Assembly (NCBI RefSeq): GCF_008831285.2
Contig: NC_045138.2
Span: 30,008,001 to 30,072,000 of the forward strand
From: Nymphaea colorata
Taxonomy: Eukaryota
Length of the DNA: 64,000 nt
Direction: 5' to 3'
A model generated the notes under the pieces. It saw nothing but the letters and a program-made list of their open reading frames with translations. It was not told where the DNA came from and did no database searches. Each line of letters opens with the position of its first letter. Positions within the stretch are counted from its first letter, which is position 1. Made by a program: the position numbers and the translations under genes. This document shows positions 51,201 through 64,000 of the stretch, one piece after another.

Positions 51201-54200
51201 CAAAGAGAAACTAAGAGAATCTTCTCTATTAGTTTTTCTGTCACAAATATGTGACTTTTTAGTACATGCTACTTGAATAGTTTCCTTTCTATTTTCATTT
51301 CTAATTGCTTTTTCTTCAGTTTTATGTTGTGACATTTGAGCTTTACATTTCTAGGTGCCATCTCATGAAGAATTTGTTAAAGCAGCAATATCCAACAATG
51401 ACATTCAGTTTGTTGAAACCAGTGATGTCAAAGTTGCTGAAATTCTATATCCTGGAATCCCTTCTAAAAGTAGTTTCGTTGGCTTTGTGAAAAGCGAGCC
51501 AGAGAAATTTGTTGCATTTGGTAAGTTTGGTGCGAGAATGAATATCTGGATTACCTCTTTGGCTTACCAGAACTAACTTTAATTTTCGAAATGGATGCTG
51601 TACATGTGCTTGACAATCAGTTACCATGCAAATATGGAACAACTCTGATTGTATTCCTTTTTAGTATGGGTGTGTGTTCCATTTTCACATTTATTTATGG
51701 TTATACAGAGGGTGCTCTCAAGGAGGAATTGATTCTGAAGTTCACTGAAGAAAACAAATTTCCATTGGTTACTGTGCTAACTGAGCTTAATGCACCCAGA
51801 GTTTATGGTAGCTTGACAAATCTGCAGGTAAAATATTCATCTGCTTTTTTCCCCTGCCTTTTCCTGAGAAAAAAGTAATTGCTGCACTAGTTCTATCATG
51901 AGTACGATTATATTTTGTTCCAGTGACAGGCTTCCCTCTGTGCCAAACCAGGCCAATTGAATTTTTGACACTTTATACTATTTAGCTCATTCGCTTGTAC
52001 AGCTGGATGTTGTCCACATTAGATTTGACTAGTGCTTTTCAAAAAGTCATGTTCTGTGTATGCATCCATTCAAGTATTGCATCATTATGCTTAGTGCAGA
52101 GTATCTTTTTAAGTGCAAGCATGTTGATCCATTTTCTTGATAGAGTATATAGTTCAAATAGGTGATCAATCCTACACTCTCCAGAGGTCCTCTGCCATCT
52201 GATATGTTTTCGTTCAAGCTTTTGATGCATCTATCATGAAATACTTGCGCAGGTGTTTATCTAGTTAATTTGTAATTCTGATGGCTTGTGTTATCTACTG
52301 ACCGAAGTCCTAGACTCTGATCAAGAATGAGAATGTGCCTTCAACTTCAAGGCATAAAGGTTCCCGATCACCATGTGTCCCCGTTTTTACTTACAAAAGC
52401 AATTCAGTGTGTTAATTATTATTTATAGATGATATACAATCTCTGGGGCTAAGCAAGTGCTTAAAGAAAACAAATAGAGTTAAGCATTGGTGTTTGGAGC
52501 TTGAGCTTCTGGTTCTGTTTTTTTCCAAAATTTGATAATATATTTTATAGGCATGAAAATAGGATTATTCTTAGCGATCCTTATAATTTGCAAATCTATA
52601 TGAGCCTTTCTTAAGTCAATAAAAAGAAAAACTCTATAATGGAAAGTACAGTTCACCAATCAGCCAAAAACTGGAATTGCATATGGTTGATTCTATTGCT
52701 GAACCCCTTCTCTTTACTTCAAGAGTCACCTTATGACTATGGCTGTAATTCCTAACTCCCGTTGATTATTATGCTTTAACTTACATCTACAGTCATCCAA
52801 ATGTTCTAAGAAGTGATGTAGAATATACTACTGAAGGAGGAAAAAGAAAATGTCTTCACTTGGAATTAATTAACAAATTAGTAGTTACCTGTTTTGGGTG
52901 ACTTATTTTTCACCTATCTGAAGTTAAAAACTAATGGATCGCCTCTAGCTTACTTATGCATGGACAAGCGTTTTTGCCTGATTGTTATGTAATTTGGCTT
53001 CCAGGTTTTTATCTTTGCGGAGGTTGATGACTACCAAAGCCTTCTGCCTTTCCTTCAAAATGTTGCAAGAAAGTTCAAGTCTAAGGTGTATATTGTATTT
53101 AAGTTTGTCAACTTGAAGACACCACTTCACTGGCTTCAGTATTCTTGTCTAACGTGTTTTAATGCCTGGTGACAGATAATGTTTATATACGTAGATCCTG
53201 CTGAGGAGAACCTTGCAAAACCTATTCTGAGCCTGTTTGGACTGGAAACAGAAGAGCCAATTGTGCGTATGTTTGGGAAGTTCATGAGTCAGCCAAACAT
53301 TATGATTGCCCACTGTAGTAAACATGAATACGTTTGCCTTGTTCACGTCTCATTTATTGATGTTTTGGTGGCAGGCACTTTCACATGATTACAAACATGG
53401 TCTCAAGTATCTGTTGGACTCGAAGCTGACCATGAGCAGTCTAGAGGTAACAAGCTGCTTTTGGTTAGAAGATCAATGTACATTGAAATGCTAGGTGTCC
53501 AAGACTTACGGTTCAAACAATCCTTTTCCAGGAATTTTGCTCTGGTCTACTCAGTGGCACTCTTTTACCCTTTTACAAGTCTGAGCCAGTGTCAGAAAAT
53601 GTAAGTATCCTTTATTACCGTGGAATTTAACCTTCCCATTTAAGATATTGGATTTTAAATTTTAGAAATAATGCAGAATGACATCGTCCAGAAAGTAGTA
53701 GGGAAAACGTTTGATATTGTGGTGCTGGAGAACACTCAAAATGTTCTGTTAGAGGTATGCTTGCGTATGAATGTGCACTTTCTTTGTGATTGGGTGGCTT
53801 TTTGAGATGGCTTATGTGTTTGCTTTTTCTGGATTCAATTGATGATACAAGGTCTACACACCATGGTGCATAAACTGTGATGTCACGAGCAAGCAGGTGG
53901 AAAAGTTAGCTAAGTATTTCAAGGGACAGCCAGATCTAATTTTTGCAAGAATAGATGCATCTACGAATGAGCATCCAAAGCTGCAGGTACTTGCATATTG
54001 CTTGTCATGTATGGTGCAATATTACAGACAGATACGGAATAGACCAATATAGTCCAACCATGAGTCGCTCATTCCTTTCTCTGCATATATCTAAAACATG
54101 GTAGCAGCTAATCAGTTGGGAAAGCTTATTTCACTTATCCCCTTTCTTCGTGCAGTTTAAGTAGCATCTGGGAAGCTTTATTCTTCGAATAGTTTTCCAG

Positions 54201-54523
54201 TGGAGCCCTTCCATGTGGGGTTTCTATTAATCACCATGACAGGAAGTGGTCAGTAAATGTCGGAAACTAACCCTCATCTTAAACTCTTTTGTAGGTGGAT
54301 GATTTTCCCACTCTCTTATTTTATCCTGCTGGCGACAAGTCCAACCCTGTAAGTACGCATTAGCATTGTCGTGATTTTTTATTGCAATCTGCTAAAGCAA
54401 TTATTTACGCAGATTAAAGTGCCAACAAAGTCGAGCTTGAAAGAATTGGCGGCCTCCATTAGTAAGAGAATTAGAGGTGAAGGACGTGAATCGAGCAAAG
54501 ACCAGATAAAGGACGAGCTTTGA
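48273..54523 (+). CDS. Protein disulfide isomerase-like, PDIL1-5/PDIL1-6 subgroup
   Basis: Exons 48273-48775, 50307-50436, 51355-51520, 51709-51827, 53005-53085, 53176-53262, 53375-53446, 53532-53600, 53677-53754, 53852-53986, 54295-54348, 54413-54523. The product has a signal peptide, an acidic N-terminus, non-canonical active sites WCARS and WCINC, GFPTL, and C-terminal KDEL*. Confidence 0.95.
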
Positions 54524-55130
54524 TAAATTTCAGAACCTCTAAAAGCGACCAAAAACACACAAGCTTAAATATCTTTCAGGAATTGCCAACGTTCTTGCAA
54601 GCAGCTTATTAATTGAAAACCTGCAAGAATGTGAAACCTGTAATTGGTCTATATAGATCCAGGGAAATTCTGTTTTGTGGTCAGATGAAATATTTATTGG
54701 CCTTCATATGTTAAGTCCACATAACTTGCTGGAATTCGTCATTGAAAGAAAATGCTGTAAAAGATGCACAGTTCTATACTTGATATGGAGGGCAATAGTT
54801 CCAGACGCTTCTTTTCGATGTTCATGCACAGCATTAGGCATCCGTAATCATTTTTTCCTTTTTTTTTCTTTCTTTACTTTCACATCAAGAAAAGGATCAC
54901 GCTACATTTGACCAACATATATGGCTCAAAATCCCAGCTAAATAGATTCACAGGGCGAAGATCTTGAACTTCACAAGACAATGGGAGCTGAAAAAGTCGA
55001 CAAGGCATTCATTAAAAATTGAACTGGATCTACGACTGTGTTGTACATAACAAAGCCGTGATGTCTTCCGATCCTTTGGTTCCATAACCTCTTGAGTCCC
55101 TCCCAAATTGATACTCTGCGGAGTTGGTTC

Positions 55131-58099
<2,969 letters not shown>

Positions 58100-60951
58100 C
58101 GGATTCCGTCTCTTCCCCCGCCTCCCCTTCTTCCTCCGACGCGCGCGGGAGAGAGTGCGAGTGAGAAAGGGAATGGCAGCGTTTACGCCCAATGGATAGG
58201 GGCAGCGGGGTCGAAGTGGGTCTGGTGGTGGTGGGTTCACCCTCTTGACCTAATCATCCCCTCACAAATATGGTTAACTCGTTTTAAACTACGACTTTTT
58301 TTTCTTAAAATGAGAAAAAAGGATAAAATACATGAATTAAAGCAAGATAAATACTTTAATTTAAGTTTTAAATTTTAAAAGAAAATAACTAAAAAATAAT
58401 GAGAAAATCACGAAAAAAACAAAAGAACATGAAAATTTTATCTTGGGGTTATTTTTTCAAAATAGTAAGAAAAAGATGAGTTTTCTTCATTGTTTCTAAC
58501 GTTTTTATTGATTTTTTTTTAAAAAACATGTTTTCTGTCACTAATAGGTCAGACTGGCGACAGTTCCTTACCGCTTTCAGAAAATAAAAGAAAAGGTTAA
58601 GGATGAACTTGTGTTGTTCCTTGCCAATTACTATATAAATCTGCTTCCAGGAAACACTAACCCGAAATCCTTATAATCTTAAACCCCGGGATAAGAGGAA
58701 GAAGGGTTTTGGCTCTCAGAATTTTCCTCATGCTTTTTCAAAAAAAAAAAAAAAAGCACTAACTTGTATATTTAAGTTGCTCTAATTTGACCTGGTGGGG
58801 GGCATTTATATTTAAACAAGACAATTTATATAGGTGGTGTGGGCACTTGCCCACACCTGCCTCTGCGACAGGGAACCTTAGGAGAAATTGTTGCTCGTTT
58901 AGTGGTAATATAAACCTCAAGGTGCCTTCACTTCTAGACAAATTTATGCGTGATTTGACTAAAAATTGATGTTCTTAGAGTTTTAAACATCAACTGCCCA
59001 TCAAACAGTTGAGATCTGAGTCCACTATGCTCAACCCTTCAGCGTTGGTCAGCAATGATAAACACCAAGGAAGAAGCCATGACCGCAGCTCAGCATGCAA
59101 TATCCAAAAGAATTGCCTTAGAACCAGGACAACATCTCAGCTGCTAAGAACCAGACCCTTACCTAACTGGAAAAGAGTGGTGATAAGGCAGAAGTTCAGA
59201 AGGGCGATGATGATGGCCAGCGATGTATTTCTTATAATACTAAGTATAATGCGAACATATCCATGCATGATTATGGCACCAACAAACAGACAAGGCAACA
59301 TATAGCTATGCAAAAGGATACTCGCGCATGATGCATTGTTGCTCGAGTTAGAAGAGTATTTCAACCTACCACCCAACAAGAAGACCAAATCCTCCATTCT
59401 TTCACATATCTTTATGATGCCAAACATGCTTTTGGTGAATTCGAGTAACTATATGCTATGCATCAACTTACATAATTTGAAACGAAAACCAATTGCCTAC
59501 CACCCTCCCAGTCCATTATACCAACCCTCTTGAGGACGCATCTTATGCATTCAAAATAAAAATTATAGAGAGAGCGACAAAATGTTTGTAGACTTCCATC
59601 ACCATCCATTTTTATAAAGAGCCTATTAACATCGCTTAAATTCACCTAAGAAATATTCCTTTTGCATGAGAATAGTGGATATATGTAGGATATCGAACAT
59701 CTATTGTAACGCTTCACTTTGATAAGTTTAATCATGTATTGAAGATTGTGAGAGATTTTCAAGGGCATACATATGGAGTTGTTAAGTAGTTACTTGTCTT
59801 GGTTTCTACTCTCTTTTAGGCTAGAACCAAAACTGTTAGGAGGTGGGTTAAGCACATTACTTAATGTGCTTGGTTCTTTCTCCATCAAAGGTACGTAGAA
59901 GCACAAGGATCAACGATTATAAATCGACAGGCCTAAGAAATCTTGGTTTCAAGGCACTTCTCTCATCCCAATCACAAAGAACAGCTCACCATGATCAGGG
60001 GCTTGCATTTCTCTGGACACAAACGGTAGATGCACGTCACTTTAGTTGACAAAAGTCCTGCTCTCCACCCGATCTAAACATGCACATTTCATTCTATTTA
60101 CAAAAACAATGTACATTGGATGAACCTTGCAGCGATTGGTTGTGATCTATATCCACATTACTTCATATATATTATGAATCGATGGGAAAGTAATCGAATG
60201 TGACCTCCCTCCTCAAACAATGGATCATGGGTGGGTTTCTTACGAAACTATTTCGGGTGTTAATGCCGTCCTGATTTTTGTTAGTGATCATATTCATGGT
60301 GTGTTAGTTCTTCTTTTGTCTCAGCCTCTGCTGGAGTCACCTTGATGCAGACCACTAAGCCAGAACGATGGCATTTTAGTTTGGTTTGGATGAGTACCTT
60401 GATCATGGTGGCCGACTTAGCATTTCTGATTCTTCATTATCCTTGACTACAGTTGCACAAGAACAAGAAAATTAAAGCCAGAAAGGAGGATGGTTTACGT
60501 GTGGAGCAAGAAGATAAAACCAGATTGATCTGTAGTTGCTTTAGCGGCAGTTCAGCCGGTGCTTGAAGCAGGCAGAACAAAAAATCTCGGAGAGAAAAGC
60601 GAACCTTAAACGAAGATGACGATAAGGGCAGAGAAAAATCCCAGCAGCTTTCCCAAATTTGAATTGAATTCGGGATAAAATCTACAAGCGTTTTCCAAAT
60701 TTTTCAAGAAAAAAGTCTGCAACTGACTTTTTTTCTATGGATTTTGGTAGGAAGTTCCTAATATACTTGCATACACCATGCTATAAGAAACTGTCAGATT
60801 TAAAAACTAATAGTCTATAAATTGCAGCCTAATTAACGGCTAGCATTGTGGTTGCATTCACCATTAATGTAACCTATTGCTTTGATGGGCGTAGTGTAAC
60901 TGATTGGACTGATGGGTCTATGAATGGACCCCGAAGACATAAGTGAAAGGG

Positions 60952-61115
60952 AGCAGGAACATAGCCAAAGAAAGACCTGCATGGGTGCTGGCCCCACTTC
61001 AATTTTTTTTAAAAAAAAATTACATGTAAATTTTAAAAAATTTTACTTGTCTTGTATAAAAAATTTTCAAATGATATCTCAACCTGTGTTAAAATTTAGA
61101 AACTTTAATTCAAAA
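60952..61115. mobile_element. Truncated AT-rich MITE-like repeat
   Basis: A GC-richer end (GGGTGCTGGCCCCACTTC) is followed by AAAATTACATGTAAATTTTAAAAAATTTTACTTGTC, typical of non-autonomous DNA elements. The second terminus is not found. Confidence 0.4.
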
Positions 61116-62330
61116 AAAGAAGAAGCCCTTTTTAAGGTACTCCAAACATTTCATCACCAACTTGAAAACTGGAAGAAGAAGCAAATTATTACAGGCTACA
61201 TTTCTACATTTATTTCAGAAAGCATTGGCTGATGGAAGCAGCAAAGGAATTATTACAGGCCACATTGATGGTATTTATTATGCCAGGTTCGCTAGTTATG
61301 AAATTATATCATAGAAGGTGAGGTCAATGTTCATAAAGGTTTAATAGCGTAGGAACCAAGAAAAGCTCCATCGACCTGGCAAACAATTTAAAATTACGCC
61401 CTTGATGTGAAAGTTTCGAGTAAGAAAATAAGAGGACGGCCTACATTCGGTTTGCCTGTCGAATTACAGTCTATTACTCCTAGAAATGGAAAATTTCTTA
61501 AACAGAAACAACCCATGTCCAGCGCAATGTTGGAAAACGTTGACGTCTCGGGCTAAGACATTACCTAATTAAGCAATCCGGGCGTGTCCAAGCGCCAATA
61601 TATCATAACCAAACAACATTTTACCCCAAAAGGAACTCTCTGACAGCGAAAACGTATACGCCGGAGAGGGAAGTACCGCGCAAGTAAAGCAATGGCCGTT
61701 CCCCGAACAGACAAGTTATGAAAAGGAACTCGCCTTTAATAACTTATGAGGATGAAAGAGACTTACTTTCCTATTCATAAGTGTGACGTACCCACGAAAG
61801 CACCTAAGTTTGAACTTCTTTTCACGTCACCGGTTATTGAAAGGACTTTGTTTAGTACTACTTTGAAGTCCGGCCTCGATAAATGCAAGGGGAAGAAAAA
61901 TTTTACCATCTTCGGTTGGGTTCACCTGGTAGTCCCATCAATCCCTTATTTGGAACTCGATGAACAAAAAGGAGAGGAACGTGCCCAAGAAATAAAAGCC
62001 TCGAGAAACAAAAACCGACAGCCAGACAAAGAGAATTTATCTAACCCTCACCTTTCAATCAGAAAATAGACACAAAGTAAACAGAAAACATGTCCTACCT
62101 TAAGTTGTGGGAACAAGTGTTGAGGACATCTAGAGATAAATATAATAAATAAAAATTTCCAGGAGAAAAGAATGGCTGCACCCGACTCCACTCTTTTCTT
62201 CTGTTTTTTGTTTCTCCTTCAGTAAAGGAACCAAAAAATTGACATCAAAACATGATGCGATTCAACAGAGGGTGCGAAGGTGGAGAAGATTACAAAGGCC
62301 GTCTTCTTATTGTTCCAATTCTTCTCTCTG

Positions 62331-63911
62331 CTAATCACTGTATGTGCACAAATTTTCAAATCCCATGTAATCGTGGTTTTCAATCTTCTGGATCATGTTT
62401 GATATGCCTACTCCACCTGCACAAGAAAATATAGGAGGAAAAATTCAATGACAGGGTGAGTGAAAATCCTAGGAATACGGACGAATAAGAATATTCTGTC
62501 ATTCGACATGATATTCATCACCACTGACGTATATTGATGGTGTATGCAAGCATTCCATATTAGAGAATGTCAAAGTTCTCACCTAGTGAAATTGCGCTAA
62601 TAAAGATTGTGGAAGCCAAGATGAAGATAATTAGCGATGCTCTCCCCAAAATAATAATCAACTTTCTCACCGCATGTTGCCCTACAAAAGCAGCAACTGT
62701 GGCCACAGCAACGAAGTAGAGTGCTGCAATGTAACAGAGACAACTCATTAGACAGACAAAACCCCACTCAGAACTCCAGTAACAGTGAAAAGGGCTCATA
62801 GTTCATACCGTACGGGACAGGGAACCGCTTTAAAAGGTAGTATTCAACGACTGACATGGATGAGGAGAAAGTCATAGCAAAAGTGGCCGTCGCACTGGAA
62901 ACCTGTAAGACAAAGTAGACTACGCTAAGATGGACAAAGTTAAGGGTAAATGAGAAGCCAAGGCGCCATGTGAAACGAGAATGTTCAGGTGGGCACCTGA
63001 GGTGGTATACCGAGCTCCAGGAACAGAGGGCCTAAGATAAAACCTCCTCCAAGACCAAGAAGACCGCCAACTATACCAGCCAGCATACCACAACAGCAGT
63101 AGAAAACAAGCTGATGGACTTTCCACTCTGTTTCCACATCACCCTTGGAGGATATGGTTCTCTTTCCCTTGTATAAGCTGACAGCTTCAAAAAGCGTCAC
63201 TCCAACAGAAACAGGAACCTGAATAGAATGAAATATAATTATCCTCTAACCATTCAAATAAGGATGAAATAATCAAATAACAAGTACTAGGTGACTAACC
63301 TGAAGTAGGTTCAGGACCCAGTACCATGTTGAGCATGTCGAGGTATAATTCTGCATATCAAGCATACAGAAGGAATCACAAACTATAGTGATAAAGAAAT
63401 CATTGAGAAAAAAGAATCTCAAATATGCAGGCAGCAGTTTCTGATGATGAGAAATAATCCAACTTGACAACCCACCTTGCCAATCTGAAGACCAAGGAAT
63501 GCAACCCAGACAAAGACGAGAAGAAAAAGCTCCTTCCAATAGACATTCTCCATGACACTAACCTGGAAGGACAAAAGCATATACAATGAGTATTGCCGAC
63601 ATTTTATGAGAGAAACAAAGCTTATGTGGACTCACTTGTGAATCTTCAGAGTCTTTGCCCTCTTTTTTCACGCCATTACTTGGCCCACCAGGAAGAGGTT
63701 TGTATTCCACTTCCTCATTTGCTGAAACCAAAAAAAGCAACTAAGATTGTCAACATTATTTGCAAACACGACAGACATGGTCCCCGCCATTTGATGCATT
63801 GAAACTGGGTTTCTATCGTATGATACATTCTGAATCCTGCCTGCTTTAACATTGTATTGCATCATAGAAGAGCCTCTCTAACTTACCATTTTGTTTAGCA
63901 GCTGCAGCAGC
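62331..63911 (-). CDS. Sulfite exporter TauE/SafE family membrane protein, 3' part; gene continues past the window end
   Basis: Exons 63887-63911, 63636-63721, 63476-63562, 63300-63350, 62997-63218, 62809-62902, 62583-62723, 62331-62416. Motifs: [66 protein letters not shown]...[25 protein letters not shown]...YMGFENLC. Confidence 0.94.
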
Positions 63912-64000
63912 CTGAAATTAAAGAACATTAGTGTTAGACGATGGGAAAAACCTGAACTCACCAAAAGAAAAATTAATTATTGATTCTTTAGTAACTAAGC

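Noticed and set aside
53605..53665. GTATCCTTT, a U12-type donor consensus 4 nt inside a PDI intron
   Set aside because: The canonical GTAAGT donor gives the expected protein length, and there is no TCCTTAAC branch point at a proper distance from an acceptor.
59010..59545. Minus-strand peptides (LHAELRS...IVDSD; RPQEGWY) faintly like a LINE RNase H domain
   Set aside because: Motif spacing is wrong and the frames are broken. A profile-HMM or tBLASTn search would be needed to support it.

Overview
Plant (angiosperm) nuclear genomic DNA, AT-rich, with spliceosomal introns. The ORF track is mostly intronic noise or shows single exons. I assembled eight intron-containing protein genes by hand: the 5' part of V-ATPase subunit B (-), a CCDC25/NFACT-R (DUF814) protein (-), a COMPANION OF CELLULOSE SYNTHASE-like LEA2 protein (+), two tandem COV1/LCV (DUF502) paralogs (+), a PDIL1-5/1-6-type protein disulfide isomerase (+), plastid type I signal peptidase PLSP1 (-), and the 3' part of a TauE/SafE sulfite exporter (-). 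The strongest signal that the ORF track misses is an intergenic polycistronic cluster of four box C/D snoRNAs at about 44.1-44.7 kb, behind a telo-box/TATA promoter. It contains a snoR32-like RNA, a U27-like dual guide for 18S and U6 snRNA, a guide for the 18S A420-equivalent site, and a U80/snR60-like RNA. Also present: a decayed U6 snRNA copy with a mutated catalytic AGC triad, two GC-AG introns (one is a GT/GC switch between the tandem COV1 paralogs), hAT-type MITEs with 8-bp TSDs, several local tandem duplications, and an unexplained GC-rich fold-back near 7 kb. Family names and rRNA positions come from memory, not from a database search.
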